Assembly: GCA_043821285.1 (NCBI GenBank)
Contig: JBDRCZ010000056.1
Coordinates: 792 to 64,791 of the forward strand
Direction of reading: 5' to 3'
Length of the DNA stretch: 64,000 nucleotides
Source: Candidatus Omnitrophota bacterium
GTDB taxonomy: Bacteria > Omnitrophota > Gorgyraeia > B26-G9 > JBDRCZ01
Shown: positions 34,026 through 43,145 of the stretch, one piece after another
Layout of the letters: the number at the start of each line of letters is the position of its first letter
How positions within the stretch are numbered: position 1 is the first letter of the stretch
Translations under genes and position numbers: made by a program
The notes under the pieces: model-generated
Database searches by the model: none
What the model saw: only the letters and a program-made list of their open reading frames with translations
Told to the model about the DNA's origin: nothing

Positions 34026-35327
34026 ATGTGTTACGCGATTCCGGGAAAAGTGGAGGAAATATACGAGAAAATAGTTATCGTTGATTATTTTGGCGAGAAA
34101 AAAAAGGCGATTAATGAATTTTACGATATCCGTAAAGGTGATTATATTTCTGCTCAGGGCGGATATGTGATAAAAAAGGTGGACCCGGTTGAGGCAGAAG
34201 GTATTTTAGCTGCATGGCATGAGCTTTTTTTTGAGCTTCAGGATATTGACTTACGTCTTTCGCGATTGGATCTTAAAGAGAAAGGTATAGATAGGAAACT
34301 CGCGGTTATTCTGGACCATGCCTTAGAAAATATACCGCTCTCAAAAGAAGAGCTCGTGTATTTGTTTAACTTAAGCGAGCGCGGGGGAATTGAGATTGTT
34401 TGTAAAACTGCCAATTTTCTCCGCCAGAAATATTTAAAAAATTCCTGTTGCGTGCACGGGATAATAGAAATTTCGAATTATTGTACACAGGGTTGTATGT
34501 ATTGCGGCATTTCTTACCATAACCGCCATCTTTTACGCTACCGCATGAGCCCGGAGGAAATAGTCGAAACCGCAATTGAGGCAATAGATGGATTTGGGTT
34601 TAAGGCACTGGTGTTACAAAGCGGGGAAGATGTAGATTACCCGGTAGATAAACTGGCAGATATTATAAGAAAAATAAAGGAAAAAGGCGGGGTCCTTATT
34701 TGTATAAGTTTTGGCGAAGTCGGAATAGCTGGACTTGAACAATTATACGATGCCGGGGCACGGGCGCTGTTACTGCGCTTTGAAACATCAAATCCAGATA
34801 TTTATAAGAAACTGCATCCAAAGCGAAGTTTGGATACACGGCTTGGGCATCTTCATCAGGCCGCAAATATGGGGTATCTGATTATGACCGGCTCGCTTAT
34901 TGGTTTACCGGATCAGACAAAAGAAGATATTATTGAGGATATATATAAGGTTAAGGAGTTGGGGGCAGAAATGTATTCTTTTGGTCCGTTTTTGCCGCAT
35001 CCACAGACCCCCTTATCTAATAATCAGCCCCCAACCGAAGATGAGATGCTGAAAACTCTATCTATTGCCAGGCTCGTTGACCCGGCCAATGCCAAGATTT
35101 TAGTAACTACGGCCTTTGAGACTTTAAGCGCTAATGCGCGTAGAATGGGGCTTCTTTCCGGAGCTAATTCCCTAATGCTCAATCTGACCCCGCTTAAATA
35201 CAGAAAACAATATTCTATTTATCCAAACCGGGCATATTGCCGTGAAACAATTGGCAATCAGGTTGAAAAAACTATTGACCTGCTTAAATCTCTGGGGCGG
35301 GCACCTACGGATTTGGGAGTTAGTTAA
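34026..35327 (+). CDS. HypC-like domain fused to a HydE-family radical SAM enzyme
   Basis: MCYAIPGKV...GDYI..QGGYVI.KVD..EA (HypC-like), then CTQGCMYC, LLRFETSN, GPFLPHPQTPL, YSIYP (HydE signatures); GGAG RBS before 34026. Confidence 0.85.
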   Translation: MCYAIPGKVEEIYEKIVIVDYFGEKKKAINEFYDIRKGDYISAQGGYVIKKVDPVEAEGILAAWHELFFELQDIDLRLSRLDLKEKGIDRKLAVILDHALENIPLSKEELVYLFNLSERGGIEIVCKTANFLRQKYLKNSCCVHGIIEISNYCTQGCMYCGISYHNRHLLRYRMSPEEIVETAIEAIDGFGFKALVLQSGEDVDYPVDKLADIIRKIKEKGGVLICISFGEVGIAGLEQLYDAGARALLLRFETSNPDIYKKLHPKRSLDTRLGHLHQAANMGYLIMTGSLIGLPDQTKEDIIEDIYKVKELGAEMYSFGPFLPHPQTPLSNNQPPTEDEMLKTLSIARLVDPANAKILVTTAFETLSANARRMGLLSGANSLMLNLTPLKYRKQYSIYPNRAYCRETIGNQVEKTIDLLKSLGRAPTDLGVS

Positions 35328-35337
35328 GGTTAATTTT

Positions 35338-35994
35338 ATGAAAGAAAGCGGTAAGAAAAGAGACAAGTTTTCTTTAGAGACGATTAAGCGTTTGGGTCTA
35401 TATCTGCGTAATTTAAAAAAGCTTAAAGCACAAGATATAGACATTATCTCTTCTGATAAATTAACACAATTGCTTAATGTTGCCCCTACGCAGTTTCGAA
35501 AGGATCTGTCCTGCTTTGGCGGGTTTGGGAAGCGGGGAGTGGGATATAATGTAGAAAGATTGATTGAAGAGATAGAAAATATTTTAGGGGTAAATAAAGA
35601 ATGGAAAATTATCATTGTTGGTGCAGGAAGGCTGGGCAGTGCCCTTTTGGGATATGATGGATTTTCTAAGTTTAATATAAAAATAGCCTATGCTTTTGAT
35701 GTCAGCGAGAAGAAGGCGGGGAAGCACAGAAAAGGAATCAAGATTTATAATTTAAAACACATAAAAGAGGTTATAAAAAATAATAATATTAAGATTGCAA
35801 TAATCACTACTCCTGCGGAAGCAGCACAGGATATAGCAGACAAATTAACGTCTACCGGGATAAAGGGCATTTTAAACTTTACCCCGATAATTTTGCAGGT
35901 GCCTAAAGATGTGCTGGTATCTAATGTGGATATGGCTTGCGAGCTTGAGAGTTTAATATTCTTTGCCAAGCAAAGATATATTGGAGATGAATAA
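35338..35994 (+). CDS. rex: Redox-sensing transcriptional repressor Rex
   Basis: TIKRL.LYLR, FRKDLS.FG.FGKRG.GY, VGAGRLG, ILNFTP. Confidence 0.95.
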   Translation: MKESGKKRDKFSLETIKRLGLYLRNLKKLKAQDIDIISSDKLTQLLNVAPTQFRKDLSCFGGFGKRGVGYNVERLIEEIENILGVNKEWKIIIVGAGRLGSALLGYDGFSKFNIKIAYAFDVSEKKAGKHRKGIKIYNLKHIKEVIKNNNIKIAIITTPAEAAQDIADKLTSTGIKGILNFTPIILQVPKDVLVSNVDMACELESLIFFAKQRYIGDE

Positions 35995-36575
35995 TGGATG
36001 AGGTTACCGGGATAATTCTTGCCGGCGGCAAAAGCACAAGAATGGGCAAAGATAAATCTTTTATCCCGGTGTATGGACGGCCGATTATCGAAATAGTTAT
36101 AGATAAAATATCGTCTTTAACTAGTCAATTATTGATTATAACCAATAAACCGTGTCTTTACCGTAAATATGGCATAAAAACAAAAAAGGACATACTTCAC
36201 GAACACGGCTCTTTAGGCGGGATATATACGAGTTTAGTTTTCTCAAAAACAGTGTATAATCTTATTACCGCCTGTGACATGCCTTTTATAAACATGGAGG
36301 TTGCGCGTTATATGATTAGGATTATGCCGGGGTATGATTGCGTAGTTTTACGATGGCGAAGGAGATTAGAACCTTTATTTGCGATATATTCTAAACATTG
36401 TATCCGGACAATAGAAGACCAGCTAAAAAAGAAAAATTTAAAGATTAGTGATATATTTTCGAACTTAAAGACAAAAATAATCATGGGAAAAGAGATTAGG
36501 CGGTTTGATCCATGTGGCCGTTCTTTTGTAAATATAAATACACGGCAAGATGCCTTGCCATTTTCTGATAGCTGA
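35994..36575 (+). CDS. mobA: Molybdenum cofactor guanylyltransferase (MobA-like)
   Basis: LAGGKSTRMG.DK, G.LGGI, ACDMPF, EPLFAIY, NINT. Confidence 0.9.
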   Translation: MDEVTGIILAGGKSTRMGKDKSFIPVYGRPIIEIVIDKISSLTSQLLIITNKPCLYRKYGIKTKKDILHEHGSLGGIYTSLVFSKTVYNLITACDMPFINMEVARYMIRIMPGYDCVVLRWRRRLEPLFAIYSKHCIRTIEDQLKKKNLKISDIFSNLKTKIIMGKEIRRFDPCGRSFVNINTRQDALPFSDS

Positions 36576-36630
36576 AGAAAACACGCAGATTATTTAGATA
36601 GTTGTTTTGAAAATAAATAAGTTATTAATA

Positions 36631-36822
36631 CACGTATTGCGTATTGAGTATCGAGTATTGAGCATAAAAACTAAAAGGATGACAACAAGAAAATTGCCTC
36701 CGGTGATAACCTTCTGCGATTTTCAGCGGTTAGGAAAGTGTTTTACTTATGCCCGCAAGGGTATAAGGGTATACTTTCCTATACCATAAAAACGCAATAC
36801 TCACGACACAATACACAATACA
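36631..36822. repeat. 7-nt periodic inverted repeat element (GTATTGC type)
   Basis: gtattgcgtattgagtatcgagtattgag ... cgcaatactcacgacacaatacacaatac. Confidence 0.7.
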
Positions 36823-36836
36823 AAAACTATGATAAT

Positions 36837-37319
36837 ATGTATAAAGTTGCTGTGCTTACAATAAGTGACAGGTGCTCAAAAGGGGAGCAAGAGGATAAAA
36901 GCGGTAAAGTTCTCCATGAGATTGCTGTAGGAATGCCCGCGCAGGTTATAAAATACGAAATTGTTCCGGATGAGCCGGAACAAATTAAAGAGAAACTTAT
37001 CGCCTATTGCGACGAGTTGAAAGTGGATTTAGTGCTTACTACCGGAGGCACGGGTTTAGGTTGTCGGGACTTTACTCCTGAGGCAACGGAAGAAGTTATC
37101 GAAAGAAAAGTCCCCGGCATACCTGAGGCAATGCGTGTTATTTATATAAATATCACAAAACATGCAATGCTATCCAGGGGAATTGCCGGGATCAGAGGAA
37201 AGACTTTGATTGTTAATTTACCGGGCAGCGCTAAAGGCGCCAGGGAGTCTTTGGAAGCAGTGTTCGAAGGTTTACGGCATGGTTTAGAAATGATCGAGGG
37301 AAAAGAACATCATGGCTAA
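36837..37319 (+). CDS. mogA: MogA/MoaB molybdopterin adenylyltransferase
   Basis: TISDR, D.SG, TTGGTG..RDFTPEAT, LSRG.AG, NLPGS. Confidence 0.92.
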   Translation: MYKVAVLTISDRCSKGEQEDKSGKVLHEIAVGMPAQVIKYEIVPDEPEQIKEKLIAYCDELKVDLVLTTGGTGLGCRDFTPEATEEVIERKVPGIPEAMRVIYINITKHAMLSRGIAGIRGKTLIVNLPGSAKGARESLEAVFEGLRHGLEMIEGKEHHG

Positions 37320-38682
37320 AGTGATTGATCAGGAACAGATTGGGGATATATTAAAAGAGACAAAAAATCCATCTTTTTCTGAAACCTATGCGGTTATTAC
37401 AAAAGCCGAAGAAAAAAAAGGTCTGAGCCAAAAAGATACCGCGGTTTTATTAAATTGTCAGGATGAAAAAATAATCAAAAATATATTTGATCTGGCAAAA
37501 AAGATAAAGAATGACATATATGGGGAAAGACTGGTGTTATTTGCGCCTTTGTATGTCAGCAATGCCTGCAACAATAACTGCCTTTATTGCGGTTTTCGCC
37601 AGGATAATAAAAATTTTAAAAGAACGACTTTAAACTTTGAGGAAATAGAGCAAGAGGTTAGAATGCTTGAGTCGAGAGGGCATAAGCGCGTTCTTTTAGT
37701 TTCCGGAGAAGCCGTAGGTTTTGATTATTTGCAGAAGGCAATAAAAACAGTTTACCAGACGAAAAACGGGACTGGCGAAATAAGACGGGTTAACGTTAAT
37801 TGCGCCCCCCTTACGGCTGATGAGTTTAAAGAATTAAAAAAATGCGGTATTGGAACTTATCAGCTTTTTCAGGAGACATACCACCGGCCGACTTATACGA
37901 AAATGCATCCTTCCGGACCAAAGGCCGATTATAATAATAGAATTTCTGCGATTGACCGGGCAATTGCCGCGGGGATTGATGATGTGGGAATTGGTGTCTT
38001 ATTTGGTTTATATGATTATCGGTTCGAGATTCTGGGGTTACTTTCGCACATTGCTCATTTAGAAAAAAATTTTGGCATTGGCCCGCATACAATTTCCGTA
38101 CCGCGTCTTGAGCCGGCAGCAGGTTCGGTTGTTTCCGTAAAGCCGCCGTATCCGGTAAGCGACCAGGAACTAAAAAAGATTGTTGCGATTTTGCGTTTAG
38201 CGGTTCCTTATACCGGTATTATTTTATCAACCAGAGAGAATAAAGAGTTAAGGAATGAACTTTTTTCTTTTGGCGTTTCTCAAATCAGTGCGGGTTCTTC
38301 TACCCAGCCGGGCGGATACTCCAAAGAAAAAGGCCTGGAACAATTTTCTTTATCGGATAAGCGTTCAATGTCAGAGGTTATTATTGACGTTTTAAAATTG
38401 GGCTATCTGCCAAGTTTTTGTACAGCCTGTTACCGTCTTGGCCGCACCGGTGAAGATTTTATGGCATTTGCGAAAAAAGGTGAAATACATAAATTTTGCC
38501 TGCCGAATTGTCTGCTTACATTCAGTGAGTATCTTACGGATTACGCAACTAAAGAGGAAAAGATATTAGGAGATAAGGTTATTCGTGAACAGATGGAGTT
38601 TATTCCGCTAACTTCTCTACGCAGAAAAATAGAACACAAATTAGATCTGGTACAATCCGGCAAACGCGACTTATATTTTTAA
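37312..38682 (+). CDS. hydG: [FeFe]-hydrogenase maturase HydG
   Basis: CNNNCLYC, GPHTISVPR (dangler-Fe His) and C-terminal CX2CX22C, which separates it from ThiH. Confidence 0.92.
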   Translation: MAKVIDQEQIGDILKETKNPSFSETYAVITKAEEKKGLSQKDTAVLLNCQDEKIIKNIFDLAKKIKNDIYGERLVLFAPLYVSNACNNNCLYCGFRQDNKNFKRTTLNFEEIEQEVRMLESRGHKRVLLVSGEAVGFDYLQKAIKTVYQTKNGTGEIRRVNVNCAPLTADEFKELKKCGIGTYQLFQETYHRPTYTKMHPSGPKADYNNRISAIDRAIAAGIDDVGIGVLFGLYDYRFEILGLLSHIAHLEKNFGIGPHTISVPRLEPAAGSVVSVKPPYPVSDQELKKIVAILRLAVPYTGIILSTRENKELRNELFSFGVSQISAGSSTQPGGYSKEKGLEQFSLSDKRSMSEVIIDVLKLGYLPSFCTACYRLGRTGEDFMAFAKKGEIHKFCLPNCLLTFSEYLTDYATKEEKILGDKVIREQMEFIPLTSLRRKIEHKLDLVQSGKRDLYF

Positions 38683-38684
38683 AT

Positions 38685-38715
38685 AAAAAGATGTGCCATG
38701 AAGGCGCATCTTTTT
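38685..38715 (+). terminator. Intrinsic terminator after hydG
   Basis: aaaaagatgtgcc-atgaa-ggcgcatcttttt. Confidence 0.6.
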
Positions 38716-38862
38716 ATCCGAGAAATTCCGCAACATAACGGAATTTCTTAACGTATGAAAATGCCCCTCTGTTTGCGGAGAAGGAGATTCAGCTGTGTAT
38801 GAGTTTACTTTTCTTTTCTAAAGAAAAGGTAAGTGCTAAATTAGTGCCGAAGGCAATAATTT

Positions 38863-39138
38863 ATGTTAGTTACTGTTAAACTATCTGCACCACTTCAGAA
38901 ATTTACAAAAGGCCGGGCGGAGGTCCGGGCATCCGGGAAAAGTATCCGGGAATTGATAAATAATCTTGAAGAAAAAATCCCGGGGATAAAAGAGAAAATA
39001 TGCGATGAGACGGACCGGCTGCATAAGTTCATCAATATTTATGTTAATGAACAAGACATTAGATTCTTAGAACATGCAGAAACAGTGCTGAAAGATGGGG
39101 ATGAGGTATTAATCATTCCGGCGATTGCCGGCGGATGA
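38863..39138 (+). CDS. MoaD/ThiS/CysO-like ubiquitin-fold sulfur carrier
   Basis: NIYVN..DIR, C-terminal PAIAGG. Confidence 0.93.
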   Translation: MLVTVKLSAPLQKFTKGRAEVRASGKSIRELINNLEEKIPGIKEKICDETDRLHKFINIYVNEQDIRFLEHAETVLKDGDEVLIIPAIAGG

Positions 39139-39155
39139 TGAAATAAAGGGCTAAG

Positions 39156-39215
39156 ATGTAAGTAGTAAGGTGTAAGAAAAACTTATCGCGTACAACTTAC
39201 AACTTACTACTTACG
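39156..39215. repeat. 7-nt periodic inverted repeat (GTAAG/CTTAC type)
   Basis: tgtaagtagtaaggtgtaag ... acaacttacaacttactacttac. Confidence 0.7.
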
Positions 39216-39237
39216 GCTGAAAAGAGGGTGGTTTTTA

Positions 39238-40053
39238 GTGGGATTAGATCAGGCGCAAATCGAGCGGTATTCAAGGCAGATTATCTTGCCAAATGTTGGC
39301 CGGCGGGGACAGGAAAAAATATTTAAATCAAAAGTGCTGATTATTGGTGCCGGAGGTCTGGGTTCACCTTCTGCCTTGTACCTTGCCTCAGCCGGCGTGG
39401 GGAGTCTGGGTATTGTTGACTCAGACGAGGTAGAGCTTAATAACCTGCATAGACAAGTTTTACATTCCACAAAAACTATCGGCATCGCAAAAGTAAAATC
39501 TGCTAAGCATAGACTTATGTCACTAAATCCTGATGTAAAAACTGTTACTTACAATACCAGAGTTACCGCAGATAATATTTCTAATCTGATTAAGGGTTAT
39601 GATATAATCGTAGATGCATCTGATAATTTCCCCACGCGATATTTAGCAAATGATGTTTGTGTTCTCTCAAAGAAACCATTTTCGCACGGCAGTGTATGCG
39701 AATTTGGCGGGCAGGTAATGACAATTGTCCCGGGGAAAAGTGCCTGTTACCGGTGTTTATTCCCTGAACCCCCGCCACCCGGACGCATGCCCAATAGTCA
39801 GGAAACAGGTATACTTGGTGTGGTTCCGGGTATAATTGGTACAATTCAGGCAAATGAAGTATTAAAATATATTTTAGGTATCGGCAATCTTCTAATTGGC
39901 AGACTGCTGGTGTTTGATGCGCTTAATTCTTCTTTTCGAGAGGTGAAAGTCAAAAGAGATAAAAATTGCATGGTGTGTAGTGAAAAATATCATGATAAGA
40001 AAAAAAAGATAATGCCACGGATTTACACGGATTGGACACGGATAAAAAAATAG
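39238..40053 (+). CDS. moeB: MoeB/ThiF/HesA adenylyltransferase
   Basis: RYSRQ, GAGGLG, NLHRQ, CYRC, CMVC; 3' end runs into a CCACGGATT repeat. Confidence 0.92.
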   Translation: MGLDQAQIERYSRQIILPNVGRRGQEKIFKSKVLIIGAGGLGSPSALYLASAGVGSLGIVDSDEVELNNLHRQVLHSTKTIGIAKVKSAKHRLMSLNPDVKTVTYNTRVTADNISNLIKGYDIIVDASDNFPTRYLANDVCVLSKKPFSHGSVCEFGGQVMTIVPGKSACYRCLFPEPPPPGRMPNSQETGILGVVPGIIGTIQANEVLKYILGIGNLLIGRLLVFDALNSSFREVKVKRDKNCMVCSEKYHDKKKKIMPRIYTDWTRIKK

Positions 40054-40148
40054 TATGTAAAAATCTGTGGTTGCTTGTAATCTATGGTTGCTTATTAAAA
40101 GTGTAGATAGTTTTTGACAGAACCATATAGATAAGGAGGAGGCAAGAA

Positions 40149-40625
40149 ATGAAGGTGTATCGTTGTCGTATTTGTGGGGAGGTTTATATTGGGGAAGAAA
40201 AACCAAAAAGCTGCCCGTTTTGCGGGGAGCATGAGGCTTATTTTGTTTTAGCAAAGGAGTGGGCGTTATTACATAGTCGCGAGCTGTCAGATATCAGCCG
40301 GAACAATTTAAGAAAGGCATTGGATCTGGAAATAAATAATACGAATTTTTATAAGGCCGCCTCGGGAAAAAGTAAAGATGTCTATTTTTCCAGTATGTTT
40401 AAGGGACTGTCAAAGGTGGAGCGGGAACACGCCTCGACTATTTGCAAGTATTTAAACATTCAAAAACCAGACTCAAACATCAGCTCGGATAAGACAGTTG
40501 ATTTAGGCGCAGATAATGTCAAAGAAGCGAACCGGCGGGAAAGGAGCGCGGTTAAATTCTATGGCGAAGCAATGCAGCAGGCTCCGGAAAAAGAAATAAA
40601 AGATTTCTTCAATATTGGGATATAG
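40149..40625 (+). CDS. Rubredoxin + ferritin-like (reverse rubrerythrin-type) protein, C-terminally truncated
   Basis: CRIC...CPFC and EREH; the last ExxH helix is missing where yhcG sequence begins (~40611). Confidence 0.8.
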   Translation: MKVYRCRICGEVYIGEEKPKSCPFCGEHEAYFVLAKEWALLHSRELSDISRNNLRKALDLEINNTNFYKAASGKSKDVYFSSMFKGLSKVEREHASTICKYLNIQKPDSNISSDKTVDLGADNVKEANRRERSAVKFYGEAMQQAPEKEIKDFFNIGI

Positions 40626-41517
40626 GTAAACAGATTGTAGAGAAGCAGAGAAAGCTCGGTTGGGGAAAAGCCGTGGTTGAGAATCTGGCAGTTGATTTAC
40701 AAAAAGAATTTCCAGGTATACAGGGGTTTTCCGCGCAAAACCTCTGGCGTATGAAACAATTTTATCAGACTTATAAAAATAATGAAAAACTCTCACCAAT
40801 GGTGAGAGAAATAGGCTGGACGCATAATATGGTAATTATGATGAAGTGTAAAAATGATAACACGCGACAGTTTTATATCGGCATGACTAAAAAGTTCGGT
40901 TGGACTAAAAATATTCTTATTCATCAGATCGAAAATCAATCTTACGAGAAAACGTTTCTTAACCAAACTAATTTTGAAAAGACTGTTCCTATTAAAATAC
41001 GTAATCAGGCGAAACTAGCTGTTAAGGATGAATACACCTTTGATTTTCTTGAATTGGGCGATGAACATCTTGAAAACGAGCTTGAGCGGGCGCTCACGGC
41101 GAATGTGCGGAGATTTTTGCTGAGATGGGCGGCTATTTTTGTTTTGTTGGCAATCAGCATAGAATAGAAATAGACGGTAGAGAATATTTTGTAGATATTC
41201 TCTTGTATCATCGAAAATTACGGTGTCTGGTGGCAGTTGAGCTCAAGATTGGTGATTTTAAGCCTGAGTATGCAGGCAAAATACAATTTTATCTTTCCGC
41301 GCTTAATGATAGGAGTACGTTGAAAGAAGAAAATCCGGCTATTGGGATTATTATTTGTAAAAGCAAAAGCCGGACAGTAGTTGAATACGCCCTGAAAGAT
41401 GTTAATAAACCGATAGGTGTTTCAACCTATACGATCAAAAAATCTTTACCTAAGACGTTAAAGAAATATTTACCTTCATCAAAGGAATTGGCGGCAAGCG
41501 TAACGGTGGTGAAATGA
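40613..41517 (+). pseudogene. YhcG/DUF1016 PD-(D/E)XK nuclease, 5'-truncated and frameshifted
   Basis: YWDIGKQIVEKQ..GWGK, GFSAQNLWRM, KDEYTFDFL, VELK; frameshift near 41120. Confidence 0.85.
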
Positions 41518-41621
41518 AATTAAAAATTGGCCCCAACTTACAGTTCCAGATTGACGCGGTAAACACAGTGACTGATGTATTTGACGGGCAGCCTTTATCA
41601 GAAAGTGATCTGGAAAGTTGA
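41514..41621 (+). pseudogene. N-terminal remnant of a type III restriction Res subunit
   Basis: MKLKIGPNLQFQIDAVNTVTDVFDGQP then stop; ATGA overlap with yhcG. Confidence 0.7.
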
Positions 41622-41714
41622 CTTTAAGACTGTGGTTGAAGAAAGTGAGATATAAGTAGTTAGTTTTTGACAAAACGAAGTATAAAGGAATAAGCTTAAT
41701 ATCTACTTAACAAA

Positions 41715-41838
41715 TCGAAGATCCGCCGGTATTGTGGTGGACTGGTGCCCGCCACAAAGTCGAAGATCCGCCAGTATTTTGGTGGAATTGGCGGACAGGG
41801 ATTAAATTCCCTGCCAAAAAACATGGCGGGTCATTTAA
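41715..41838. repeat. Nested palindromic element (CCGCC/GGCGG family)
   Basis: Shares cccgccacaaag..attggcggacagggattaaa..catgg.gggtcatttaa with 53745-53840. Confidence 0.75.
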
Positions 41839-41986
41839 GGAAATAGGCATAATGTCTCACCTCGCAGACCGTGAGGAAATTCTTCAACAAGAATTCCCTC
41901 TACGCTCGGTGGGATAAATTCGCACATATCACTTAGCTTCACTACGTTTACTAAGTGATATGTGCTCATTTAAGGAGGGGAGAAAA

Positions 41987-42562
41987 ATGGCAAGTGTAAA
42001 AGGGACAGAGACGGAAAAAAATCTTTTAGCTTCGTTTGCCGGAGAGTCGCAGGCCAGGAACCGGTATACATATTTTGCCGGTGCGGCAAAAAAAGAAGGG
42101 TATGAACAGATTGCCGCGATATTTATCGAAACCGCGGATAATGAAAAGGAACACGCGAAGAGGTTTTTTAAACTTTTAGAAGGCGGCGAGGTGGAGATTA
42201 CCGCCAGTTACCCCGCCGGCGTTATTGGTAATACTGCGGCTAATTTAGCAGAGGCAGCAGCCGGCGAACATCTCGAGTGGACAAAGCTTTACAAAGAGGC
42301 AGAAGCAACTGCGCGAAAAGAGGGTTTTGAAGAGGTCGCGGTTCAGTTTAAAGAAATTGCGGAAGTGGAAGAGGAGCATGAAAAGCGGTACCGGAAACTG
42401 TTAAAAAATGTAAAAGAGGGAAAGGTATTCAAAAAAGATACCGTGGTGAAATGGAAATGCCGCAATTGCGGTTATGTTCATGAGGGTAAAGTAGCACCAG
42501 AAGAGTGCCCGGCTTGTAAACATCCACAAGCTTATTATGAGGTATTGGCAGAGAATTATTGA
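41987..42562 (+). CDS. rbr: Rubrerythrin
   Basis: FAGESQARNRY, EKEH, EEEH, CRNC...CPAC. Confidence 0.96.
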   Translation: MASVKGTETEKNLLASFAGESQARNRYTYFAGAAKKEGYEQIAAIFIETADNEKEHAKRFFKLLEGGEVEITASYPAGVIGNTAANLAEAAAGEHLEWTKLYKEAEATARKEGFEEVAVQFKEIAEVEEEHEKRYRKLLKNVKEGKVFKKDTVVKWKCRNCGYVHEGKVAPEECPACKHPQAYYEVLAENY

Positions 42563-42630
42563 ATATAGCAAGGGAGATTATAGATATTGATTAATTTTGG
42601 ATAGTGTCAAGGCGTTATTACAAAATTAAA

Positions 42631-43145
42631 AGTAACCACAGATTGCACAGATTACGCAGATAGAACGCTTTAAAACAGAAAAAAGATATAGCCACGGATT
42701 AACACGGATAAAAAAAGGTTAAACGATTTTATTATTAAAATCCGGGTTACATCCGTGTGAATCCGTGGCTGAAAAAAAATACTTACACCACGAATAGCAC
42801 AGATTAACACGAATGGAAAAAAGGTTTATTCGTGACAATTCGTGCAATTGGTGGTAGCAGTTCAGGTTTGAAAAAGAAGAAAAAATAAACAAAACAATAA
42901 AAAAAATTATCAACCACAGAGGACACAGAGAAAATATGAAAGGAGAGACAGGATTAACAAGATATTGAGGATAAAAAATAACGAATCTTGTTAATCCCAT
43001 AAATCCTGCTAAAAAATAAAAATTTGAACATGTAGAGACTGTAGATAAAAATAAAAAAAAGAAAAAGCACTAATAGATATTTTCTATAAGTTCTACATGT
43101 TCTATATGTTCTACATGGTTGAAAATTCGTATAATTTGTGGTGGG
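42631..43145. repeat. Dense array of periodic inverted-repeat elements
   Basis: ccacagatt, ccacggatt/aatccgtgg, ccacgaat/attcgtg, cacagagga, caggatt/aatcctg and catgtaga/tctacatg units in series. Confidence 0.8.

Noticed and set aside
34026-35327. Biotin synthase BioB assignment
   Set aside because: Motifs match HydE (LLRFET, PF.PHP.TP, YxxY); no bio genes nearby
37312-38682. ThiH assignment
   Set aside because: Has the HydG CX2CX22C and GPHT motifs; no thiG nearby
38716-38862. Moco/Wco riboswitch before the moaD-like gene
   Set aside because: Only REP-like hairpins; no recognisable riboswitch consensus
42631-43145. CRISPR array
   Set aside because: Units are inverted and heterogeneous, with no constant repeat/spacer period; no cas genes
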